Shown here: piece after piece, positions 38,171 to 50,480 of the stretch
How the letters are laid out: each line of letters begins with the position of its first letter
How positions within the stretch are numbered: position 1 is the stretch's first letter
Assembly (NCBI GenBank): GCA_002633005.1
Contig: NMRA01001083.1
Coordinates: 1-58,666, forward strand
DNA: 58,666 nt
Direction: 5' to 3'
Source of the DNA: Phoronis australis
Taxonomy: Eukaryota > Animalia > Phoronida
Notes under the pieces: generated by a model
What the model saw: only the letters and a program-made list of their open reading frames with translations
Told to the model about the DNA's origin: nothing
The model's database searches: none
Made by a program: the position numbers and the translations under genes

Positions 38171-38971
38171 GTAAGTATCACGAAAACCAACGACGCAACA
38201 TGTCAGAATTCTACCATTGATATCTTAAAAGCAAACTCTTAAATATCATGAAGAATTGTACAGAGGGATGGTCAACTTAAACGGCACAAAACGCAAATAA
38301 CAGAACAAAAAATTTTTAAGAAACAAACTTTGAGCAATATTTTGCCCTTTTTGTCATATGTCAAGCAAAAAAGTTTCCTCATAAAATATCCACAAGACAT
38401 ATCAATGTATAAATTACTCTAGCAGAAGGCACAGGCAAGTTTTCCTCTTGCGAACGAGTACCCTGGTAATGCTGTTAAACAATATCGTTACAACAGATCC
38501 TGATTTTCAGCAATAACAGAATACGGGCAGAATTCAGGGAATCATTTGTGGAAATCAAGAGGTTCAGACGGAGTACGCATATTTCAGTAGCAAATACCAC
38601 AATTCTAATATTTTTGGTTTTCAATACCTAAAAATTGACGATCTGTTTGCAGCAGGAATGTTTGAATATAGTTGTTATTTCTGTCATAAGGTGGAGCTGT
38701 TTATCCGGTTTTGAGAAATTCACATGGAGAGTAGCCAATTATCTTTGAAACGGAGCTGTGGCATAATTAACAGAAAACATGACATAACTCCTACGTCCTT
38801 TTCATATTATTCATCACTTTCAGGTAATAAGTAATTAAACAGAAAATGCTAATTTGTAAAGCACAGAATTTCATGTTTCCTAACATGGGTGTGTGAATGT
38901 TTTTGAATACCAACACAAGGCAACTGTTGAGTATATCAACCAACCACGTACCACTAATTTTTATACTACAG

Positions 38972-39319
38972 AGAGGAAAGTAGGGGAGGCCTGTTCTTCA
39001 GATGGTGCACAAGGAGTGTGTGGCGCGCCTGGCTCAGACTGTGACCCGGAAAAGAAAACTTGCAAGTGCACTTCGGGATATGCCAGATTTGGCGGCGAGA
39101 CATGTATGAACTCCACTGAGGTCGTTCCTGGCGAGACACTGTCGGGAGATGGGAAGGAGTGTAGTATGGGCACAATCAGTTCAGGAAATAGTTTTGAACC
39201 GCATGCCGTTCTTGACTGGTCTCCCATCACGTGTGGCTGTCCACGGGGAAGTAAGATTCAACTATGGAACGGCTTTATGAACGACTTTCAAGGGAAGAAG
39301 GTGCCTTACTGCATACCAG
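38972..39319 (+). CDS. Cys-rich gene A exon
   Basis: RKVGEACSSDGAQGVCGAPGSDC...CKCTSGYARFGGETC...PITCGCPRG...FQGKKVPYCIP; phase 1-1; paralogous to 57296-57637. Confidence 0.85.
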
Positions 39320-40211
39320 GTGAAGTAATAGTTACCAGTAATTTGCCTTTTATACAAATTCACACGAGTATCAGATTACCTGGGAAAGTCAGCAATTTGC
39401 ATCACAAAATTAAGGTCTTTCTTATTATTCTCCTATAGTGATGAAGAAGATTGACATCACTAGAAACAAAGCTTTTCACAATACCTAATGTCACTACCCA
39501 TTAATATGCTGACCCTAGGGTTCACTATAACATCCTAAGCTGATCTAGGCTCCTTTTTGTGTGAAGAAGAGCAATTGCCTTATCAGCAATGACTACAATA
39601 ATAACTCATAGAAGGACTGGTAGATAACTATGTATAAGTGTGTGTCATGCTGGACAGAAAGCTCTTTAAAGTCTGTTTTAAAAAGCAGACTAAACATTGA
39701 CATTAACAGCTGCTGTTAGTTTTGAATTATTATAACTAAATGGCACATGTCTCTCACATTACAAAATTGAATAGACACTGTTTTAAAGGTGCCGGGAACA
39801 ATGCCTTGTCATGCTCTGACAAACCCAAGGTCTTTGTAACTGTTGATGGCAATATTAACAACTTAAAATATAACCTTTGATGACCCAACATAATGAAAAG
39901 ATTGGCAGCCTGGAACAAATTATTGTAAAGATAATTTAGATATCAGGTTTAACGCCAAGCATAGTGTTTTCTTTCACAGGCATTTCTTTATGTATACAGT
40001 TATTCTATGGACGGAGTGAAATGAATAATTTAGCAGCTGAAGTAATATTCACTAATACAAATTTGATTTGTTCTAAGTTGAAGATGGCAGTTATGATTTC
40101 ACATTATTATTGTACAACACTATTGAAGCTAATGACTGAAATTCAAAAGTCAAACAAAATATAAAGACATCTTAAAAAGATATAATTTTCACAATTTTCT
40201 CTTCCGTGCAG

Positions 40212-40346
40212 TAAAGCTGGGTGACACGTGTCTACACGATGCAGACTGCACTGGGATATCTGGCAGTGTGTATTGCCTGAGCAACAAGTGTGCATGTAAA
40301 ACATCAGGCGAGGTGGCTGACATTGATGGAACCAAGTGTGGCAAAC
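40212..40346 (+). CDS. Cys-rich gene A exon (EB-module-like)
   Basis: KLGDTCLHDADCTGISGSVYCLSNKCACKTSGEVADIDGTKCGK; GCAG/GTGAGT, phase 1-1. Confidence 0.85.
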
Positions 40347-40799
40347 GTGAGTTGAAAAATAGTAACAACTTGTTTATAACTAAGTTCACTTATGGTATGC
40401 GTAATTTTACATAGGACATTTCCTAAGCAAATGTACATACCTTCGTAAGTCAGGAGTCATTTGAAATGCAATTATTAAAAGCTTTCTAACGAAAAACAGA
40501 ACAGAGATCACAGCTTTAAGTTAGGTTCAGCCATTCAGGAGTTTTTTCTCTTTTTTAAATATTTTACTTCCACTTTTGTTACTTTTCTGACAGGCTAATT
40601 GTGTGTATGAACATCATTTTGTGTCACTCCCGTTCTAGAATGTAAAAAAATCATTCATGCTGTTTAAACCTGTGGTCAGAGAGAGAGTTCTACAATAGCA
40701 ACAACCCGAGTGTCTAAGTGTTGAATAAAAAACTGCACAGAATCATGTTTTGTATCTTTAAGATTCCTATAGATGTGACTTAAGTCAAATTATTTTCAG

Positions 40800-40964
40800 C
40801 TCTATCCTTTGGGGACAAATGCTCAGGCTTAGTGGCTTTGACTCATGTGTGTTACGGAAGTGATGGTCTAGCCTGTGGTGACGTGTGCGATGCCAGCGGA
40901 AGTTTGGATCGCAAATGTGACTGTCACTATACGCACAGAAAGGCAGGGAAAACGTGTATCAAGA
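40800..40964 (+). CDS. Cys-rich gene A exon
   Basis: LSFGDKCSGLVALTHVCYGSDGLACGDVCDASGSLDRKCDCHYTHRKAGKTCIK; TTTTCAG/GTAAGT, phase 1-1. Confidence 0.85.
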
Positions 40965-41099
40965 GTAAGTTGCCACGCAAACATGCAACTGATCTGTGAA
41001 TAATTCAGAATGTATAAGCATTGTTCAAATTTCCATTAAAAACAGATGGGATATAAAAACCTAGTAGATTAGTATGTACTTCCATCATGAAAAAACATC

Positions 41100-41297
41100 T
41101 TCAATAGCGGATTTGCAGCTACGCCATATTGAAATTAGGTTAAAATGGTGCATTGTGGGTGCTGTGGTCAGGATTCCGAAAGCGGCCATAGTAACAAGCA
41201 TAATACGCAGTATGAGCGCGAAGAAAACTTACGGCGGATACACTTGTTGTGTTCCTGGCTGCTTCAAAAACAACAAGAGAGATAAAAATCTGAGTTT
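41100..41297 (+). mobile_element. 5' part of a THAP-encoding DNA transposon, truncated by gap
   Basis: MSAKKTYGGYTCCVPGCFKNNKRDKNLSF (from 41212) is a typical THAP N-terminus; CpG-richer leader than the flanking intron. Confidence 0.6.
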
Positions 41298-42122
41298 NNN
41301 NNNNNNNNNNNNNNNNNNNNNNNNNNNNNNNNNNNNNNNNNNNNNNNNNNNNNNNNNNNNNNNNNNNNNNNNNNNNNNNNNNNNNNNNNNNNNNNNNNNN
41401 NNNNNNNNNNNNNNNNNNNNNNNNNNNNNNNNNNNNNNNNNNNNNNNNNNNNNNNNNNNNNNNNNNNNNNNNNNNNNNNNNNNNNNNNNNNNNNNNNNNN
41501 NNNNNNNNNNNNNNNNNNNNNNNNNNNNNNNNNNNNNNNNNNNNNNNNNNNNNNNNNNNNNNNNNNNNNNNNNNNNNNNNNNNNNNNNNNNNNNNNNNNN
41601 NNNNNNNNNNNNNNNNNNNNNNNNNNNNNNNNNNNNNNNNNNNNNNNNNNNNNNNNNNNNNNNNNNNNNNNNNNNNNNNNNNNNNNNNNNNNNNNNNNNN
41701 NNNNNNNNNNNNNNNNNNNNNNNNNNNNNNNNNNNNNNNNNNNNNNNNNNNNNNNNNNNNNNNNNNNNNNNNNNNNNNNNNNNNNNNNNNNNNNNNNNNN
41801 NNNNNNNNNNNNNNNNNNNNNNNNNNNNNNNNNNNNNNNNNNNNNNNNNNNNNNNNNNNNNNNNNNNNNNNNNNNNNNNNNNNNNNNNNNNNNNNNNNNN
41901 NNNNNNNNNNNNNNNNNNNNNNNNNNNNNNNNNNNNNNNNNNNNNNNNNNNNNNNNNNNNNNNNNNNNNNNNNNNNNNNNNNNNNNNNNNNNNNNNNNNN
42001 NNNNNNNNNNNNNNNNNNNNNNNNNNNNNNNNNNNNNNNNNNNNNNNNNNNNNNNNNNNNNNNNNNNNNNNNNNNNNNNNNNNNNNNNNNNNNNNNNNNN
42101 NNNNNNNNNNNNNNNNNNNNNN

Positions 42123-42158
42123 TGTGTGTGTGTGTGTGTCTCTGTGTGTGTGTGTGTG
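42123..42158. repeat. (TG)n microsatellite at gap edge
   Basis: Direct observation. Confidence 0.9.
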
Positions 42159-42375
42159 AACGGGACTAGAGTGGCACAAATTCAACAGCATGACTTGTAC
42201 ATGATATTGTCTTACATTTAACTCATGTTTGATGCTGTTACATTAATTTGGGCCACTGTTTTGCCAGTACCAATCCCCTAAGCCAGTTCCTCAAAATCAG
42301 GGGCTGTTAAACTATTGCCTTCATTTTTAAGCAACCAGTAAAAATGTAACTGATACTGTATCTTTTTAACTCCAG

Positions 42376-42462
42376 GAAAACTGGGAGACAGTTGTTCTGG
42401 TGATATGAACTGTCATGCCATCAACACTAATGCCATATGTGTAGACGGGAAATGTAGAAATG
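42376..42462 (+). CDS. Cys-rich gene A exon
   Basis: KLGDSCSGDMNCHAINTNAICVDGKCRN; TCCAG/GTGAGT, phase 1-1. Confidence 0.85.
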
Positions 42463-44126
42463 GTGAGTTTTTATTTGTCTCTTCCTTCTAGTTTTACTAT
42501 CACTAGGTAACAAAAGCCATACACAAAACAGTGTTTTTAGTAACCATGACAGTGACAGAGCCCAACCTGTTCTGGTATAATTAGGTTTAGATCAGTGGTA
42601 ATCCATTACAGCTTGGTTGTTAAGCTCATGAATTGTTATGACAAACATAAATAGGCTCAATCAGATGTACAGTGGGTTTAGTAGTAAGCTTGGACTCAAA
42701 CAACAGTCAGGTGAAGTTTTAAATAATCATGCATAATTTACACAGTCTCCAAACATTAGGGTATACCGGCAGTAAACAGAGAACTGACTTAGAAGGCTTG
42801 AAACACAAACGTGTATCATCTAAAAATTACACTAAACAATTCCTCAATTAATTTCAAAAGACCTGCTATAAGCTCAAAATCCTATTTTTTGAAAATCTTT
42901 TGGACTAAAATTAAAGCGCGGAATCTTTATTGATTAAAGTCTTGAAAAATATAGTTTTACCAAACTTCTATATGTGTAACAGGACAGGACTGGACTTCAC
43001 TCGCAAACTACATCATCAAAGTACAACCACCAGATTAGCTAATGAAATGCTCTCAGGCTGGACTATGCTCTGCAGCACTAAGTAGTAACTTCAAGCCTTT
43101 CTCATACACGCGATACAAGCAATTTTGCTTTAACAGGCATGGAACACAAAAACTAATTAAAAATACAATTTACACAGATCCAAACAAAAATACATATCTG
43201 TAACATTTCTCAAAAAGTTATTCACTTCAACCTGTGCCTCAATTTTGTAAAAACATCCACTCACTTCACTAATTTTGAAATACACACAGAATAAAAACTC
43301 AGTACGCCGACACTTTCAATCTTCCCTCCAAACTTGGACCACTCCCAGCGTCCAAGAGATGACATAAATGAGCATGCACTCCTCATATATTCATAAGACT
43401 TTATGGAAAGATACTAAGCAAATTTGACTTTTTAAAGACTTGTGTTATGCCATATGCACATTCAACAGGTACATAAATTATTAAAACGATCCCTTATGTC
43501 CCCAAGTCAATTGTAACTTAGAAACAAAAGTTTAAACAAGTTTTTATCTCCCTGACTACATTTCTTCATATTCAGGTGATGACGGTCCACACTTTACCAA
43601 GTTGTGCAATTTTACAGTTCTGTAGGACCCTTAAGTATTAAACAATATTTATGGTAAAATCTTACTTATTTCTGACACAACATGGCAGACGTGAAATTTT
43701 CTTTTCTCAAGAATGTTTTTCTAACTCTGTACCACAGCTACCACCAGAGAATAGTTTTTGAAAACCTATAAGCAAAACTTATGAACCTTTGAAAAATGAA
43801 AACAGGCAAATCTGATAATTATTGGAGTCGGATATTGGTGAGGTTTTACCTTAGTTCAAGCCAAAGTCGAAAAAATCATGTAAGTCTAGTTCAATTTTTA
43901 CATTAAAGCCATCAATAAACTCTCAGTATTCTGTCCACAGTGTTGCCATCTGCAGTTAGGAACGCAAGTCAACTCCCCATATCAAAAACCAAAAATAGAA
44001 AGTCCCACCCCAAATTGTTAATGAAAACAACTGTGGCATTGCATGGAACTTTAAGTGCTTAATTTTCTTAAACTTAATTTGAATGTTTCTACGTTATTCT
44101 CAGCTTGAAGTATTGTGTATTTCCAG

Positions 44127-44191
44127 GGTCTCCAGCACCAGGTCATGTCTGTCTTAGCCTCTTGCTTTTAGGAATGTATCTGGCTAGTTAA
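44127..44191 (+). CDS. Cys-rich gene A last exon, GPI-signal-like tail
   Basis: TTTCCAG acceptor; (RN)GSPAPGHVCLSLLLLGMYLAS*, small residues then a terminal hydrophobic stretch. Confidence 0.7.
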
Positions 44192-45019
44192 GAAGCAGTG
44201 GCTTCAGGTCGCATTTAGCCGACACTAGTTGACACGGAACAACCAACAGAGAACGAGATGATCAGATGCAACTTTTGTTGTCCATTTCTTAGAGAAGGTA
44301 AATTGTTCCTGATCATCTCGTTCTGTATCATCTATCAACCTCAACACAAAAGTGGAAAGGCAGAAAAGATCATCTCAATTGCACTTGAGCAGCAGCATAC
44401 ATACGAGTGATCATTTTGATCATTCAACGATCGTCTTTCAGCTTCATTTTGTCAATTTCTATAATGGTGATGTCTGCAACAACCTGCTTAAACCCTGTAG
44501 TCTGCACCAACAGAGCGATAAAGAGCATAATGCTGTTTGCTTGCGCTCTTGATGCTGAAAGATGGCCAAACACTGTTGACGTGACATCCAAGATCCGAAA
44601 TTCTACATCTGCATGGTTATACAGTTGTTGCTACTCTGATGTTGACGGGTCATGGTGACAAAGAACGTACATAACAGCTGGAATTCTACATGGTTTTGGG
44701 CGTTCACCACAGTTAACCCGAGGGTGCCCTGACTAGCTTGTGGCTGAGTTTGTACTGATTCAGTTTAAAATAATGTACAAACAGAATTGACACACATCAA
44801 TTTGTGCCAAGACAACTCCTTCGGTTCCGTGTCAAGTGTTTGTCTTGTAAAAGTGACTATTGACAACAAATAATGAAAAGAATTAGGTTATGTATTGTTC
44901 TAATTTAAAAAGATGGTGGGCAAGGTGATAGCAATAAAGTTTCTCTCTCAGTTTGAACAATTAGCAAATGTTTTATATTTTTGCATTTAAAGCTGCTACG
45001 GATCAACATTACCTAAAAA

Positions 45020-45137
45020 GTAAGTTCAGATTTAGACCGTTTACCATAATTCTAAAAACTAAGTTTAGATTTAGACCACTTACCATAATTCTAAGGAGCT
45101 AATTTTAGATTTAGGCCATCTACCATAATTCTAAAAG
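45020..45137 (+). repeat. ~38-bp tandem repeat, 3 copies
   Basis: AGATTTAG(A/G)CC..(T/C)TACCATAATTCTAA recurs at ~45028, ~45066 and ~45106. Confidence 0.8.
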
Positions 45138-46507
45138 CCGTCATACGAGGCTTTTCACTCAGATTAGAAGTGATTTCTGGACTTGAGAAGAACTGGCACT
45201 TTGTCTTTTGATGTGAGAAGGCTCCGTCTAAAAGAATTAGGATGATGCCACACAAAAATGACCTGTCACTCAATGTCCAGCATGAAACAGCACCAAACAC
45301 GCATTCAACTAAGTCCCCTAAATATTGTGCATATTTGCGTCTTTGTTTACCCACATATATGGTTTTCTATCAGTTTATCTTCATTAGGAGTACCACTCAG
45401 TACCATTTTCTAATATGTTTAAAAACTAAGTCCTAATTTCTATGAAAATAAATAGCAACTTGTTTCGTAAATAAGGTAGTTCGCATGAAAAGATGCGAAT
45501 TGACTTTTAACAATTATATTGAAAGTTCAATATAGAGTTTACTGTCAGTATATATCAAACCCCAAAATAGACTAAACAGTGTTAAAGTTTCTATGAAAAT
45601 AAACAGGAACATATTCCATAAATTAAGTTGTTTGCATGAAAATATCCCAACCGATTTTCAATAATATTGAAAATTTAATACTGTCAGTATATACCAAATC
45701 CAAAAAATTGACCAGTCGTGAAAATGAAACTGTACAAAGAAAGACAACCGTGTTTTCACAAGTCCATAGATGTGGTAAAAAGTTAAAAAACATTACTGAG
45801 TTTCTATTTGGGAGTTGGGACTGTTCCACGCAATGGGCCACTCAAGCCCACAAAACACTAAATCTGATCTGAGTTATGACAGAGACAATTTTATAATGAT
45901 CGTAATCTAAGGTTCCCTGCTTTTTGTTCGAATGCAAGCAGCAAACAGCTTTGAAACACATTACAATACATCCTAAGATTTTACATTTCATCTTAAGATG
46001 CATTTGTACAGTTTACACAATGATTAACTTTTACACATAATTCAGTATACAAAAACAATTGTTTATACTGTTCATTAATGGTTTGTTTCTGTTACTTTTG
46101 AAATAACCACAATAAAGATAAATTGCCTCTGGACTTGCTTGTTTTATTTGAAGGACAACCAAGTAGCAAAGAGGAAATCTTCAAATATTTTTGTATTCTT
46201 AATTAATTTGTTGAAATTGTTAAAAAAAATCAAGTACAGCAATACACAAAACCTACCGAGAGTGCCGTACATGAAGTAATATCCCACGAGACATTATTCC
46301 GCGTATCGACCGAGAACGATACGCAAAATAAGGTCGAGTTGACAATGGCCTACCTCAGAGGTCGCTGTTGAAGTAGTGTGGGAGGTAAATACCGAAAACT
46401 TTATTTCATGGCCATATTTCCCTCGACAGATTCAACGCTCGTGGGATAAAAAACAATACATCACATACATGCAGGCATGTACAGTTTGAGTTATTTCTGT
46501 TTGAAAT

Positions 46508-47919
46508 AAACAAGAGCAACGCGGAGCGTTGAAATGCGCCCACAATTGCACCGCATAGGGTATCCTTCTAGGGTTGTTTATTGGTACCATAAAGTGGCCA
46601 GTAGAGGGCATACTTTGCAAAATGGAAAGGCATGGTCATTGTCTCCTCAATAGGCTAGGGGCAAAATGTGAGTAATCTTCATAATACAAGCACATCCTAT
46701 ACACCAGTTGCTTAAAGCACCACAGAAACATAGANNNNNNNNNNNNNNNNNNNNNNNNNNNNNNNNNNNNNNNNNNNNNNNNNNNNNNNNNNNNNNNNNN
46801 NNNNNNNNNNNNNNNNNNNNNNNNNNNNNNNNNNNNNNNNNNNNNNNNNNNNNNNNNNNNNNNNNNNNNNNNNNNNNNNNNNNNNNNNNNNNNNNNNNNN
46901 NNNNNNNNNNNNNNNNNNNNNNNNNNNNNNNNNNNNNNNNNNNNNNNNNNNNNNNNNNNNNNNNNNNNNNNNNNNNNNNNNNNNNNNNNNNNNNNNNNNN
47001 NNNNNNNNNNNNNNNNNNNNNNNNNNNNNNNNNNNNNNNNNNNNNNNNNNNNNNNNNNNNNNNNNNNNNNNNNNNNNNNNNNNNNNNNNNNNNNNNNNNN
47101 NNNNNNNNNNNNNNNNNNNNNNNNNNNNNNNNNNNNNNNNNNNNNNNNNNNNNNNNNNNNNNNNNNNNNNNNNNNNNNNNNNNNNNNNNNNNNNNNNNNN
47201 NNNNNNNNNNNNNNNNNNNNNNNNNNNNNNNNNNNNNNNNNNNNNNNNNNNNNNNNNNNNNNNNNNNNNNNNNNNNNNNNNNNNNNNNNNNNNNNNNNNN
47301 NNNNNNNNNNNNNNNNNNNNNNNNNNNNNNNNNNNNNNNNNNNNNNNNNAAAAAAACAAAACTGCCACTAGGAGGCGCCACAGTAGTCGAAATCGTCGGA
47401 AAATCATCGTCAACCGTCCTCTACATAGTAAGCACATACATGCCAATTTTCACAATCATCCTTTGAGCGGTTTGGTTGATAGAGGGGTGGAAGCACAAAA
47501 ACAGACTCGAAAACAGTAAAAATGGCCACTAGGTGGCGCAAACTATGTCGAATCCATCCGAAAACGGCAGGATAGCGTCATCTCACTACTAGGTGCCTAC
47601 ATACCAAATTTCATGAAAATCCGTTCAGGACTTTTGAAGATACAAAGGTAAGCGTAAAAAACTAAAATTGCCACTAGGGGGCACACTGGTAGTCGGATCC
47701 GTCCGAAAGTTCGCACATGCCGTCCCATTCATGAATGGAACATATGTGCCAAATTTCATGAACGTATGTCAAAGGGTTTTGGAGATAGAGCAGCGGACGG
47801 CGGACGCCAGACGCCGGACGGACGCCGCCCGGACGGACGCCGCCCGGACGGACGGACGGACGGACGGACAGAGATGACGGCATAATGCATCCACATATAA
47901 ATATGTGGGCGCATAAAAA
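46508..47919 (+). mobile_element. Helentron-associated non-autonomous element, family A (spans gap)
   Basis: Subterminal IRs ATGCGCCCACA (46534) / TGTGGGCGCAT (47904), core repeats, (GGAC)n microsatellite at 47795-47870, 3' hairpin. Confidence 0.85.
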
Positions 47920-48253
47920 TTGAAGACAAAAAATGATAAGAAAATGTCAATCTTTCTTTTTTATCTAAATGCAACCTGTAGTATCTACAATTAACAAGGT
48001 TCAAACATATCACATAAACAAGGGTCACACTGCTGTGATCACCTCTATAGTCCATTGTTAAAACAATTAATATGCATATTTAAAGGAACTCATTTGTTGC
48101 CTAGGAAACCACGGTAGCAAAACACAACATTGAAATGACCTTGTACACGACAATAATAAAATAGAGTGAACGGTGATTCTGATGCTACAAGATTAATACG
48201 ACACTCGTAACGGAGGTACCGTATTGCTAGCACAGTTGAAAAACTGCGGAAGG

Positions 48254-48280
48254 ATGAGCTCTGTTGGAGTTGCCACAGTG
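48254..48280 (+). CDS. Cys-rich gene B, putative start exon
   Basis: ATG..MSSVGVATV|GTAAGT, phase 0, compatible with 52920-52962. Confidence 0.4.
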
Positions 48281-48954
48281 GTAAGTAAGTTTATAATACA
48301 AACTATGAATGATCAATACTACAAAAAATAGTAGTTGTAATTCAGAATAAACAAGCATGTCATGAGCTTATTCAATTCATATTGTGGGGATATTGGGTCA
48401 ATTAGTCATGTACACAATGCTGTAAAATTTCCACCTTGGTCTAACTATAATTACTACTAATCAACTTACTTTAAGTACTGTAACCAACCATCTCAGATTA
48501 CACCATCTCCCAATTTTTGGAAAAAAAACTTTTCAGTGTCCACGCTTAAGAAAATAATGCAGTAACCCAAAATGTAAATTTACCAAAGGCTACTGTATTG
48601 GGGATTTGACAACAAAAAATCGATAAGTCATTTGTAGCGTATAAATGACAAATTACCCTATAACCAAGTAACAACCTTTTCACCCAAGAACACTACATGT
48701 GGATAAGCATTTTCAAATAACACGGATGACCTATAAGCATGCATGCTCATTGATCGGTAATGACAAGATACCTTAAAGAATTTGAATTTATTGAAAAAAT
48801 GTCTATTAGGAATACTTTTTAAAGTTAAGAAGTTCAGATAATAACCATTTATGGTGAACTCCTACCAGTTTTGGACAAAACTAATTGCCAAGAGAAATGC
48901 TAAGCATTGAAGTGCACAAAGAACTGAAACCGTATGCCTAGATGTATTCATCAG

Positions 48955-49265
48955 TGTAATGAAAATGGCCACTAGATGGTGGAGAATATATGAGCCCATC
49001 TGAAAATGGAAAGTCGTTGTCATCTACTCAATAGAAAATTATTTGTGAAATTTCACGAAAATACATCAAGGAATTTCAAAAGATAAACCCAAAATGACGT
49101 AAAAAATTCAAACTGCCACTAGAAAGCATATTGGCAGTCGGATCCAGCCAAAAAGTCATCAGGTCTCAACATCACAGGAACAAAATTGCAAAACTTTACA
49201 AAGATTCCACCGCTTGGTTTAGGATATATGCAAAACGCCTCTATGAAGTGCTACAGTAGTCGGAC
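48955..49265 (+). repeat. Decayed family A core-repeat fragment
   Basis: AAAATGGCCACTAGATGGTG, GCCACTAG, TTTAGGATATA motifs shared with family A. Confidence 0.6.
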
Positions 49266-50480
49266 ACCATTATCTATTCTTTTTCAACTCATTTCCTATA
49301 CCTATTTTTGAAATTGTGAATCGGTCCTTATAGGAACTACTGTCATCTAACTGCCAGTACAATTTTTAACTGTCAGTTCTCATTTATTCTGGATTAAACA
49401 GGCATATGAACAAGAGACATGACCCAATCACCAAGATGTGACTTTCAAATGCACAAATCAAAATTTGACAAGTTTATGTTACGGAAAACTACTTTCCCAC
49501 TTGGAATATAAGGTCATTGAACAACTGGGTGGGTCCTTATTTTTCACTTCTTTAATTCAACGAGTAATGGTAATTTCAAGAGTGGCACCGCAGGATATAA
49601 TAAGCTTATTAATCTAGGGTGCTGCGCAACAAGAAAACGAACACGTAGTAAAATCAGAAGCCATGCCCAACATTACAGATTATTGTATAAATCACGCTGG
49701 CCAAGGTTGTATTTGGTTTACAACTGGAAGGTCAGCATTGAAATGAATTACACCCATTACTAGGAGACAAACTGAACTGATTATCTAAACACATGTAAAA
49801 CACAATTATACCAATTCTGTTCTTTATTGGTGAAGTCAGTTCAAGATCATAACTTAGTATGGTTCAAAGAGTTTTAATTCTATAGGAAATTCTTGGTCTG
49901 TAACGTACATGTGAGAGTCAACAGTGAAACACTAAAACCTATAGAATATACATTTCAACCTTGTTTAGTTTGACCAGATTGTTAGCTGTTAGCGATACAC
50001 AATAAATGGCACTGCACATCAACTATCTCATCTGTATATGCAAGAGAATCCTCAAAAGGAATAGTCTTCCTTGCAAAATTTTTTAAGTGTCTCTTTCCTC
50101 TCCCAGGATAAGTGTTATTTGAGAATCCACTGTACGGTCCTTGACAACATAATGCAACTGTCCCCTTCAGCTTGCTAATACAATAAAACATTTACAAATA
50201 ATTCATGGGTACAATTGGGAAACACTTGTTTAGAGTGACAGACCATGGCCTACCAAGGATACACTCATCAATTCGCTCTCCTTTTCACTTAGTAGATTTT
50301 ACAAAGAATTCACTTAAACAACTCAAAACTTTTGTAAATGAACTCCAGGCAGAACACAGAACATAATGCACGAGTTAAAGTTTTAAATGTGCCAAACAGT
50401 ATTTTTAAATGTGACCCGAGGGGATCAGGAAATTTCAAGGCAATAATACGAGGAACAAAGCAAATTTTTACTGTGTTCAT

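Noticed and set aside
41074-42191. Long ORFs of 320-361 aa
   Set aside because: Artefacts of reading through N gaps; the same applies to 19245-19722 and 46647-47466.
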